Shown in pieces: positions 46,801 through 58,595 of a DNA stretch of 64,000 nucleotides (the stretch's first letter is position 1; each line of letters starts with the position of its first letter). The notes under the pieces are model-generated. The model did no database searches. It was not told the origin of the DNA and worked only from the letters and a program-made list of their open reading frames with translations. The translations under genes and the position numbers were made by a program. This stretch comes from Tubiluchus corallicola (lineage: Eukaryota; Animalia; Priapulida), in contig JAQGDQ010000523.1 of assembly GCA_030141605.1 (NCBI GenBank), forward strand, positions 1-64,000. The letters are read 5' to 3'.

Positions 46801-48587
46801 CTTGCTAAGCTTTCACTACACTTTTGTTCGTAGATTTTTAAATTAAGTGCTTTTTGAGCAGAATTAAATGTGTGCAGCCGTATCAGGCCTTTTTTCGTAA
46901 ACATTTTAACATTGTCAATGTTTACTAACAGTACTAATATAGTACTGTACACACTGCAGTTCAATTAGGGCTAATACAGACAGTAATAGTTTTGTTATTA
47001 CAAGACAGTAATGTACTTGTGTAGTCCGCCTATCCTGTATTCTTGTTTAAGAGCAATCTTGTTGCTCATTTTACCAGTACAGCAATCCCAGTCCAGCATT
47101 AAAGGTGACAAAACTAGATTAGGTGGTTCCAGAAAACTGTCCAGTTCAGGACAAGAACCTCTCCAGCAATTTACTGATTGCTGACTATTATGTTCCACCA
47201 CACAGTAAAGTTAAGAACTTCTTTTGTTACTGTTACAGTGCAGTTTATCTGTTGGTATGTTTCTATCACGTGTGTATAACGATTACTTAATATTTTTCAG
47301 AATCTTTTGGTAGGCTGTCCTAAATCTAAAGATGTTGTAAATGTAAGTATTTTTCTTCATAATTTTTTCTCATTGCTATTTATTGATACTAATTTACAAT
47401 TAACACCAACAAAAGCACAATACAAATGTAACATAAATTGTATGGATGTGACATGGATTTGCATAAGGGGTGTGCCTGCTCCTGTTGTACGGCTTTGTTA
47501 TTTGACCTGTCGCTGCTCACTTGCACTTAAACATAAATTATTAGCTCATTAAAAGCTTCGTTATTCACAATAATTTACATTGTACACGAACATTTATAAA
47601 CGAACATTTTGTAAGCATTTCTCCTAGTCATTATATAGTGGCTACCGTGATACCACTCCCTGATATGATTTATCCTAGTTTGGCAAACAATGCACATTTT
47701 GTTTATAATATTGCTGGGTGGATCTTGGTCCAGATGGACCTTCAGCATTGTAACCTGTATATATGTGTTTTGTAGCCTGTCACAGTATTGTGAACTGTTT
47801 TAAATTTTGCTGTTGTATAGCTTTTACTCACTTTTCATATTTTTATACATTCTTCAAATAATTCTACTTCCAATGAGGTAAAAACTGTTTGTTCATCTTT
47901 TGTGCTTTATAACGCTCTATAATTTACGATTCAGTTTTGTGTTTGCTCGTCTTGTTACCGTGTAAGTTACTGTAGGTATTGTTCAACTCTGATATTTTAA
48001 TATTTTAGAGGATCCGCTTGTACCATAACCGATCAGCCACATTATGAATTTTGAATAAGATTTATCAGTTTACAATTTTTTCTCATAACTACTGTGTTAA
48101 GCAGAATCTGACTTAACTAAACATCTTCTGCATCAAAACTCAGCAATGAAAAATGTCTCACGATAATTTACAGTGGATTACTAGCCATGGGGAGACAATT
48201 TTTCAGTGACTTGAAATAATATTGTGCTTGTTATTTTTGGTTGAACATTACTGAGAAATAATGTTTGAAACTGTGCCAAGACAAATTCGCTCACTGTCCC
48301 ACTGAAAATACGTATACTGGGGTAGTTCATTAACGTAAAGATAAAATACACGTTTGTGCATACAGATTCCTTTCCGTCTGACTCGTTTGACCAGAATCAT
48401 TTAGGTCAGACTCCTTTAGGTCCTAAATGTAGCTTATGTTTATGTAATATGTAAGAGCCTAAAAGATGACTGATCTTGTCTTTAAGTTGTTTCAAATAAC
48501 AGTTTAGTTGTCTTTTTGTCATCACAAACTATTTTCTCTTTTTAGAATTTCATAGAAAATCTTCTTACCAAAGCAAAGACATTGTAG
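34802..48587 (+). CDS. PPP1R14B: Protein phosphatase 1 regulatory inhibitor subunit 14 (CPI-17/PHI-1 family, about 126 aa)
   Basis: Exons 34802-35011, 46667-46753, 47301-47342 and 48546-48587 (381 nt). The protein reads HVKF...KYLTAKYGQHQMALIRKRLAVETWLFDNLQDLY...EIDLDNLLDLDTDSERRQFVENLLVGCPK...NFIENLLTKAKTL*. The symbol is family-level only. Confidence 0.9.
35135..35700 (-). mobile_element. CR1/L2-type LINE 3' fragment (RT C-terminal region), frameshifted
   Basis: LYKAVVRPILEYGCVVWSPQY and LRGHNSKIF...RTNIRAHFFSSCVVGPWNSL. Confidence 0.8.
38226..40990 (-). CDS. Secreted Gly/Tyr/Arg-repeat, Ala-rich structural protein (about 421 aa) nested antisense in PPP1R14 intron 1
   Basis: Coding exons 40990-40955, 39970-39918 and 39402-38226 (1266 nt, phases 0 and 2 consistent), plus a non-coding exon at about 41685-41634. 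Features are a signal peptide MNSLVTLLLLGCAASVFG, (GYGYGRGL)n, an Ala-rich core, GAGYG repeats and an acidic tail CADCGDDDDDDDNDDNKLGY. AATAAA lies at 37793-37788. Confidence 0.85.
39190..39350. repeat. 24-bp coding tandem repeat (GYGYGRGL units)
   Basis: taaccatatcc(a/g)agaccacgtccg repeated 4 times near-perfectly at 39241-39336, with degenerate flanking units. Confidence 0.9.
41680..41716 (-). promoter_or_regulatory. TATA box and initiator of the nested gene
   Basis: TATAAAA at 41716-41710 lies 31 nt upstream of a TCA(+1) initiator-like site at 41685. A strong CAG|GTAAGT donor follows at 41634/41633. Confidence 0.7.
43282..43451. repeat. Perfect 84-bp tandem duplication
   Basis: cagaaaacaaaaagaggc...agtaaagtgaaa at 43282-43365 is repeated at 43366-43449. 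Confidence 0.95.
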
Positions 48588-50825
48588 CGTGCGCAGTAGT
48601 GCCATCTACATTGCGAAAATGGTACTTTTGGTACCTATTACTGGTCAAGTGACTGGACAAAATAATTACACATTTGATTAATATAGAAGCTTGTGAACTG
48701 TTGTATATGAGAAAAGAATTGCAGTGTGTACAGATTCTTTTCAGTAATGTATATTAAGCTTTTCAGCTGCTTCCTGTTTGTGAGCATGTAAGGACGGTTA
48801 GTGAAAGGCGTTTTAATATCTAATACTCAAGTTAAGATAGCTCGGAACTTTGTGAAACGTGGTAAGGACCTGTTTAGGCAATTTTTGTGAAGAAACAAAA
48901 AGTTCAGTTCAGCACTAAAATATTTAGATTCACAACATTATTATTAAAGAAGTTACAAGCTCTTTTTCAAGTGCCTTTAACTGTGCAATAATTGACGCAT
49001 TAGGAGTTAACACTTCTAGGGGCACACGCTCTCATCATTTGCAACATCACCTTTCTTCATATTTCGAAATGTAAAGAAACTTTGTCTCACCTTGACAACT
49101 GTACATAACTATAACACCATGCATTATTTGTTTGTAAACAAATTGTTATTATTATGATTGCTGATAAATGGAATTATTTGATTGTAAACAAATGGAAACC
49201 GTTAACACAATTTTATCACTGCACTATCAGTCCAGTTCATATTAAAATGAGTATAGATAGTAGATGTCTATAGTTTAAAAGTAATTGTTGTGTTATTAAT
49301 ACTGTATATTCAGTATTTTCACTATCAGGGACCCTGGAAAAGGTTTTATTAAGTTGTACAGTAAGAAATATATCAGGCATCTGTTTGTGTAATTTTTTCG
49401 GAATGGGAGGGCATCAGTTACTATTCTAAGTGTTCTTCCACCTAGGAGCGAAAAACAAAAATGGCTAGAAAGTTATTGTTCGAAATTTTGTTATTACAGA
49501 CTGTTGAAAATTTCAATATTTAACTTACTCTCTTGATATTATATTTTAATCTTGACTCCTTGCCTTAATAGAAGTTGATCTCAATAAATACTCCAAAGAA
49601 AATTATTTTAATAGTGGCCTTTTTCTGTTACATGGTAATCACACTGTTACATGTATCTCTGATTGATGTTGCTCAATAGTAAAAACATAATTTGAAGAAC
49701 TTTGAATCCTTAATGTGTTGAGTGTGCTGACAATTTGCGATGCACAAAGGCAGGGTTCGAACCACCTTAAAAATGTTTAACATCGAGTATTAGGTCAGAA
49801 GAAGATGAGAATTTTGCATTTTATTTTGGAAATTGATTGCTATTGTAATAGCTGGTGATTAAAGAATGTAAGATTCTTAGAATTTGTTTGGCAACTACAA
49901 AAACATTTAGCAATTCTCAGACATATAACCCGACAAACGGTACAGTAAACTTGAGAGCCCCGGTACAACACTGTATGCCAAACATTAGTTGTTTGTACAG
50001 AATTCCAGTTGTACATTTGTGTTTACATTGGTTTTAGCTAAAAAAATTATGCTTTATTTTTTAATTGAAAAAATGGGCATACTTACTTATCTGTTAGAAT
50101 TTTATATTCTTGCCCTATTGTAAATTTGTTATAAATCGATAAGTATATGAAAAGGCAGTTTTATCTTTGTGTCTTAGTAGGATTTATTAGTTTTATCATG
50201 TATTTTACACTTTACACTCATTGTATTAGACAGGTGTGCACAATTTTTCAACCAATCACTACTATACCAAAGTTTATTTGATAGTCTCTATTTATTTTTA
50301 ATTTATATCTTAATTTTAAAGGAAAACAGGTCTGTATACTTGATCATTTGTGTTATTCTTGAAGTGCACGGTACTCTTATTATCTAAACGATTAATTAGT
50401 ATAATAATTAGTGAACAGCATTATATTAAGCAATTTTACTTTTGAAATTATTTGTCCACATTGGTTGTAAAAAAACAGTAAATGATATTGTAACAATTGT
50501 TTGCATTCTTATTTACGTGAGTAGCTTTGAAGTATTTGTGTTTAAGCAATTCTATTTGATAATTTAATTAGCCCAATAGACAATTTTGAAAACATAATAC
50601 TTTCAACTATTTCTTGCCATCAGATGTATAAAATATGCAATAAATTGGTAATACTACAGTCATAACCTGTTGTGGTCTGCAGAACTGTATAGTTTAACCC
50701 AAGTCTGATTTTAGCATTTATAACCTGTCAGGTTGAAGGGCATCACAAATTGTCACTAAATTGCTGTCCACAAGTTCAATAATTTATTGTACCTTGTCAA
50801 AACAATAGAATTCATACAGAAATTA

Positions 50826-53800
50826 CTATTTATAAATCTTTCCTTGGTTGAACTTTTTTCCATCGAAATCTCCTTCCCAAGCCCAGTACTCGTTCACCAT
50901 TTTCTTTGTCTTCTCGTCATCTGGATCTAACTTGGTCCACTTGTATGACTCGTAATCAATTTGCCAATCAGGTGACAGCTAAAATATAAAAATGTAGCAT
51001 CATTGCTAAAATGTACTTCAGCACTTTTCTACTATAATATTTTTGTCTAAAAATAAATTTTTACAAGTGACTATCTGCAGGCTGTAATGAAAACTTAAAA
51101 CCTAGAACACATCACGTGAATGTCTAATTCATCTGCAGTACAAAAGTTGAGTACAAGAAGTCCTGTACTAGTGAAATTTGATCGTAAAGGTTAACTACTT
51201 TCACAAAAATCAAATACATGTAATTCATTTTGGGGCACTTACAGTAAAAGCCAGCTCGTGGCCCCTCCAAATCCAGATCCCTGAAATTGTACTGTTATTG
51301 TTCTCTCCAAAAACACAAACACTGGCAAACGCGTTCTTTCTCATTTTATCGAGCCTCTGAAACATGCCTGAAAAAGAATCGATAATTATCATTCGATATG
51401 ATTGGAAGTGGGTGGTTAATTCATTGAAGACAAGAAACATTGAAAAACTGTGAAACAAACCTAGATATGTACCCACCGTTTAGTGTAAGCATGCACATAC
51501 TGGTTAAAGTCATGCAGTTGGCCAAATTACCGAATCAGGTCTGAAACCCAATTTTAAACCTTGCAGTCAAAATGAATACTACCTAAGACTGCTACAAATA
51601 TACGGAGTGCCACCATCGCAAAGTTTTGTTGTGCTTGTAAGACACTGGTGTATTCTTGGTACTAACTAACCTTAATAATACATTAAAGACTGTGCAGATC
51701 GATTTACTATTTAAACCACTTACCACCAATAAGATTACAACTCATGAAGACAAGTGTTAAATCCTCTGGATATTGGTATTCGCTGTACCAAATTGAGTAA
51801 TTTTCCTTGTCAAAGTTTTCCCAAAAATAGGGTATAGCTACTTCGACAGTGTCTTCATTAGAATAACATTTTTTCCAGTCATCCATCACGAAAGTCCTAC
51901 AAAATATAGAAATATCAATTTTATCGTTGAAAGCATGTTTTTTCAAGCCTGCCAGAATCAGAAACGGCATTTAAATCATTTGCAGTAAACTCCACATAAC
52001 TCAAAGTCGCATAACTCAAATTTTTGCTAACTAAAGAATTTTAGCGAAACGGATGAAATCCTTTGTTTTGTCCACAAAAATAATTGCTTGACTCAAAATT
52101 TTGCCTAACTCAAATAAAAAACTATGGTTCATTTAACCAAAATACATGTATTTTATTTTGCCTAACTCAAAAATGCAATTTATACTATAGAAAGTATAGA
52201 AAGTACTATAGTACTACAGAAAGTTTCGTACCACTCAAAAACAGTATAGTCTTCCCGGAAAATTCTGATGTCTTACAAGTCGCCCCCCCCCCCCATTACT
52301 TTTTTATTGTCATATTGTTTAACAGTGTTGTGTACGTGTCCTTTTGTAACATAAAATAATCGTGTTTCACTACGTAATTTGTTATTCTTTATGTAACTGT
52401 CATCAAATCACGTCGTTTATGTATAGAAGAGTTGACTTTCTGCCTTCTATTTAGCTGGAGGAGGAATCTAAAGTTTCTATGCTGGAAAATGGCACATCGC
52501 CTAACTCAAATAATTGGATAACTCAGTTTTTTCGGTCCAGTTGGATGTAAAGTCATGTCCAAATGCACAAATGAATCATATTTACTCAGAAAGCCAAGCT
52601 CTTTGTAGCAAGCATAAACCTCGCTGCATAGCATATATACAATCATATTAAATAACTTTCGGGCAAAATTTTATATGAAAATCTTATTCACTTTTGATGG
52701 AATGTATATAATTATCAGTCAGATATTTTTTCAAGCCATCATGCACTATGGCAAAATAGGAGACAAACTCCAATGCCTAGATTGTACACTATCAACAATT
52801 CTGTCTTCCAGCCAATGATGTCAAAAGCTTTAAAGGCCAAGTTAGTTGACAAAAGTCTCAAAAAGAGGGCATGACCTTTGTTTATAAAACTTTTCCCTAA
52901 GCACACAGCAGCTTCAAGTAGGACGGACTTGATGCTGGTGCACAAATAGCGATTGCTAAAAGTACGTTGAAAGCACTGTAACGAGCGTACATTGATTTTG
53001 AATCAATTTTTACAGAACATAACTCATGCATTGCGTGCAGACGGCTTTTTGTTGTTTTTGAACGATATTTGTAGCTTCGGTAAATTTTTTACAACTAATA
53101 AATGGCATCTGAATAGTTTAACAGATTTACACTTTCTGATCATTCAAGAAGATGATTTTTAAATACCCTTTGGGAAAGGCCATAAATGGATCCTTTGACT
53201 TTGGTTCCTCTGCCATAGCTTTCTCCGTTTCATCCATCTCTTCTTCTGGCTCCGCCTCCTTTGCTTTTTTCTCAGACTTTTCTTTTTTATCTGGCTTCTC
53301 TTTCTTTTCCTCTTTCTTCTTCTCCTAAGAAAAGGAAGTCCTTCTGTTAGTAAACTTGATCAGTCGTCAACTCAATATGAGCAGAATATTCATGAATGTA
53401 TGCTGCATAACACAAGCAAAGTAACTACATGTTAAGCGGCATTTACCAGACATCAAGAATACGTTATACGTTATTGTGTATCTAGCTGCGTATAAACAGC
53501 TAAGTAGAAATAGTAATAATGCAGGCCTAAGATACGGGTTCATTGAAAACAATACAAAGTAATTTTTTACAATAACACATTTCAAGTGTCTGGTAAATGC
53601 CGCTTTAATATTCTCAGCAATGCTAAGTGTGATGCTAAAAATGGGCATCAAACTATTATCACAACCCGCTTACGTTGCCCAAAAAGCATTTGCAGATTTG
53701 TTTCCTTTGTGCTGCAAAAAAACTATAAAGTTTGTAATACAGTGCAACAGCTACTGTAAGCAATTTACAATCAGCTCATTGGCACTTCACTCTGTCTCAG

Positions 53801-56800
53801 ATTTGCTAAGAGCATGAAAACATTAGTACCCGATCGAACTGCACTAGACAAATTAGATCAATATGATTTGGTTCCAAATGTTCAGCAGGCAAGAGGTTCG
53901 CTGTATCACCTGATCGTAGTTAATTATTTCAACTAATAACGGCCGTATTAATGAATGCTCTGTAAAAAGAACACGAAATATGCTGCTAAAATATCATTTT
54001 CGTTTAACAAGGCAAATTACCACACTGACGTTATGTTTCCAACATCCAAGAACTGAAATTCTCAAAACACCCAGCAGTGAAACTCGAAGCAAATCACACA
54101 AAAAAACAAGAATTAATTTTTTTAACTTCTTTACCTTCAATTTTCACTTTTGTTTACAAAACTGAAATTGCACCTAGTAAAAAATATGCATTTCTATGGC
54201 CCTATACCTGTATGCAGGGTAACAGAATGCGTACGATGAGTCAGGATAATGTTTTGATTTTAGAATTATTAATTTTATAATGACTACCAGAGCACAATTG
54301 TAAGTTATAACAAAGTTGTAAAGAGCATCGAGATCACTCGTTGTGATGCGCTATATAAATGATAATTTATTATTAGTAGTAACAGTAAAGGCTAAGCAAT
54401 TTCTAAAAATTGGCAAAAATATTTTCTGAAGTTTACAACTAACTATATAAAAAAACAATAATTAGCTTACCTGCTTGGATTTTTCCTGCTTCTGATCTTT
54501 CTTATGAAGCTCTTGATACTTCTTGGCTATACAAAAACAAGTAGAACCATATATATTGCAAGATCAAATGACAACAAAATATTGATCTAAGCGGCTGATG
54601 CAATAGGAGACGTACTTGAAGCAAGTACTCAAAGAGCTACATTTCACTTACTGCAGGAAAATTGCACCACAAATTCATGACGTAGCTAAAACTGAGCTCA
54701 GTATACAAGAGTGCTAAATCAAGATTTCAATTTAAAGATTTGAATTTACCAATAACGCACAAAAATTTTTATTTATTACGTTTCTTCTCAGGTTATAACA
54801 CAAATTTTAAAGAAACACTTCTTACACAAACAACAGATTTTGTTTTTGCATGTCATGATCTTCTGTGTTATAGGTTTTTCAATACGTCAGTGCGCACCCG
54901 TTTCTACAATGACATATACTTTCTATGCATTACTGGCATTTAACATTATACACTGACAAATTTAACAATGTCAAAAACATAGTAAGAAAAGGTACAGAAG
55001 AAAGCTGACTGTATTCTTACCATCAAACTGCTTCATTTTTGTACAAAGGTGTCTTTCGCCAATCACAGTCAAAACCTCAGGCTGATTTATAACAGTAGTG
55101 AACCACCGGGTTACGTTTCCAAAAGGCTCTCGGAAAGAAGGTTCCAGAACGTTTTCGTATAAAATAAGCAGATCGCAAGCCACAGAAATATCAGCCTGTG
55201 AAATACGTTCGCCAACTAAAAATGTTCGTGTCTTGAGGTGAGCATTTAATACTCCTAATGCTTGTTTGATGCGCTCTTTTGCATCCTCGCATGCCTGTTT
55301 AAAACGAAATGAAAGATTTTAACAATAATATAACCCCAGTGGCACAGACCTCAATAATAGCAAAGTACCTGCAAGCATTAAAACAGACAAGGTAAGTAGC
55401 TCATCACAACAGAGGACTGAGCAAATAATCTACTTCAAAAGGAAGTGCAGTTTCGCAATTTAGTTATCCAAGCAGTCCGTCACTTGTAGAATTCCATTTC
55501 CCCATTTCAAATGTCCTTTAAGGTTATTTCATGTTTTGTCTACTCTAAGGATGTTCATCGATGGTCCTAAGCCATGTCAACAAATTGACGTAGCCATGTC
55601 AAGTCGCGTCGACATTTATTGATAATTAAAATAGTCTGCATGTTTAATACGGCAGTGTTTGCAGACCAGCAATAATTTGACCCTCAAATTCTCCGAGCGA
55701 CACTTACGGTATTTGAAGTAAATCATTTTTTCTAACCTAGACATCAGTTTAGCTATTTACTGTGGCATATTGAAATTAAGAAGTATGTTTTGCACTGTAA
55801 CTGCAGAAAGCACAGACATATAAGCTTATTGTGAAGATATTTAAAACATGGTAAAATTAATGGTTTAATTAAATAATCTCTTTAACAGCTAACTATTACT
55901 AAAACCGTGATCAACTTTGCAGTAATAACATAACAGCATTAAGAAAAATCATTGTTCAATTATCAACCAAGTTTGACGTCATTCGTCAAATGAATTACTC
56001 AAGCTTTTGACTGTCATTATATAACCATGCCGCACTACCCACATGATAACTCGTACGCTTCAAACTTACAGACTGATATATAGTCACTGATTTTTAAACA
56101 TGGAAGAATGCTTTAATTGAAATTTTAGCAGTAATTTGAGAACAGACAGTTTTCTTAACCTATTTGTAAAAAAAACTGATCATACTTGCTTATTATACTG
56201 TATAATGCCAAGGCAGGGAAACACCCAAGTGCAGGCTGCCGGCGTAATTTCATTATCACCAAAGCTAATCCACTGTAACACCCGTGCAGCATCTTCGCCA
56301 GTAACGCCTCTTAGCGCAGCATTGCCAACTAAATGCAACCAAATTACATCTTTAAAATATAAAAACCATTCTGAATTGCCTAAAAGCCATACAAATGCAC
56401 AGAACTTCAGATAATGGCTAGTGCAGTAAGTTATTAATGGCTAGTTAACTCAATGATGTCCAATGAACTTTCATTAATGATTATTGTAGGCTACACTATC
56501 TGTTAGCTATCTGTAACTGCTTCATAAATTTCAAAATATTACCATACTTACGAGTCTACACAGTACAGTGAGAATATAACGTACACATACTGTACATAAT
56601 AGTGATGAGACAACGTCATTAGTTAGACAAATGGAGTTAATTTATGATTTTATGCCATTGCTCAATAATGCAAGATTTTCGGGCAAAATTACTAGCGACG
56701 GAATCCTTTGTAATCCAGTTCAACATAAATTAAACCAAACATGGCCAAATTCAAGAACACAAATTAGCCAAAACAAGCCAAATGCATAAAGCGAATTCAA

Positions 56801-58570
56801 AAACGTTAGCTTAAAAAACTACATGTAATGGCCTACATAATTAATTTATTAGTGGGGCCATTTTGGTAGTCACTACCAACTTGCAGCTTGAACTAAGTTC
56901 ATTTTACTTTTGAAAAACTTGGAATTTAGACAAGTTCGTTCTAGTGAAACTTGCCCAACACTAAAAAGTATGTACAATTATTTATAATCGTGCAGCATTT
57001 ATTCTCATTTAGCTATTAAAACATACTTTACCTACCATAGAAGGCAATTGCATTGGTTTCAAAAAGACAAGCACCATTAGATGCTTCAAATGCTGGAACC
57101 TAAAACAACAAAATTTCTATCCTAGTCACCACTCAACAATATCATCTAAGATATTTTTTAAAACTTAAAATTAAAAATAATTTATTCATTTAACACGTAT
57201 CATAATCACATTAACTGACACACAAATTTGTATTTCAAAGGGATCATTGTTGTTAAAGCAAAAATTATGCAGGGAGATCTAAAAAAACAGTGGCTTATGA
57301 TAGGCCATCTACAAGTATTTTTCTAATAATTTTACAAAACAGATTTCCCAGATAAAATATAAAAACACAGTTAATAAATTTTGGGTTTTAAATCTCATCT
57401 TGGTTGTAGGCATTAACACAACAATAAAAATACCATAGTCACAGTTAGTAATGTACTACTGATCAGTAGCAAAATTTAGTAACAAAGGGACTGCCTAGAT
57501 CTCTAATACATGGCACATCAGATGGAACAGTGGTGTGCAACTGTCCCAAGTCAGCCAAGTATTCAGTGCATTGCACATGATAAAGCAAGAACTCATGTAT
57601 GAAATATGAACTAAATCCAGCAGCCAACAGATGAAAATCTTGGGACTCTCAGCATTTCGATTTCCAATGACTTGAAATGGAATAAGCGCATAATTAAATA
57701 GAAAAATCTGGAAATAGTGTCGTTCGAAATGAACTGTCGTTTCGAGATCATTTAAAACTCTAACGCAACCCAAACTGAATATGAGGCAATAATTTGCTCA
57801 CCAAGATATGTCACTCTTAGAAATCAATTCTAAATTCAAAAGTGGTGCCTCAATCCACATTACAAATAACTGAAGACAGAAGAGAGGACGTTACGGTTCT
57901 ATACTTGAGACGTGAGATAACTGACGATATATGACTTACCACAGAGGCAAGTTGGGCTATTATGGTCAGCGAATTGGTCGCCAATATTATTCGTTATCTT
58001 ATATTTTAGTGTTTAGAAGCTCAGCGCTATTGCAGTCTTTAAACTAAGGCGCACCTCCTAGTCCTAGTCTTTAAACTAAAGTTTTGTAGACTAAAGAGCT
58101 TCGATTATTTTTACGGAAGGGTTTTGCACTAACGGCATTTTGACATCATTAGTTCCGATGTGACTTATTTATCATAATTACGTTTAACGTTAATCATAAA
58201 ATTAAAAAGGAAACAAAAATGTTGATGTGTAAATTGCAAAACAAACCTTGCACAAGGGAAACTTCTCTCGAAACGAATCAGTTTTATTCGTCTCGCCTAA
58301 TTTAAAATCCTGAGCAATTTGTACATCAGCACCACTGTACTGTGCTGCAATCAGTACTTTAAAAGCTCGGAAGCTTCCTGCATACGTGTACAGCGTCTGA
58401 AATTATAAAACCGCTAACATTAATCAAAGCGTACAAAATAATAAAATTACAAAATGTGCACAACTAATTTGCGATAGAAAGCAAGCAGTTTCCTGTGCTT
58501 TCACGAAAGATTAACAAGTATTCATTAGATTTCAGATATGAAAATTAAAATTACATACGCCGGCAGCCAT
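50826..58570 (-). CDS. EEF1G: Eukaryotic translation elongation factor 1 gamma (about 435 aa)
   Basis: Exons 58570-58559, 58396-58247, 57099-57036, 56328-56186, 55294-55021, 54526-54471, 53324-53167, 51896-51724, 51367-51243 and 50978-50826 (1308 nt). The GST-like N-domain reads [30 protein letters not shown]. The C-domain reads [62 protein letters not shown] lies at 50788-50783. Confidence 0.97.
51983..52550. mobile_element. Degenerate DNA-transposon/MITE remnant
   Basis: Starts cagtaaactccacataactcaaa and carries repeated (c)taactcaaa subterminal motifs. The right TIR is not intact. Confidence 0.35.
53435..53604. mobile_element. PIF/Harbinger-type (Tourist-like) MITE
   Basis: Perfect 18-bp TIRs agcggcatttaccagaca / tgtctggtaaatgccgct, flanked by a TTA TSD at 53432-53434 and 53605-53607. 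Confidence 0.85.
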
Positions 58571-58595
58571 GACTAAACCCAAAAAGGAAGAATTT
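58571..58595 (-). promoter_or_regulatory. TCT/5'-TOP pyrimidine tract of EEF1G
   Basis: The minus strand reads ttcttcctttttgggtttagtcATG immediately upstream of the start codon, as is typical of translation-factor mRNAs. Confidence 0.7.

Noticed and set aside
51530-51555. RNase P RNA CR-I-like ggtctgaaac
   Set aside because: It lacks the preceding GGAA and a matching CR-V, and lies antisense to the host gene.
55330-55407. C/D snoRNA starting at the minus-strand GTGATGA (55407-55401)
   Set aside because: No downstream CTGA D box or terminal stem before the exon.
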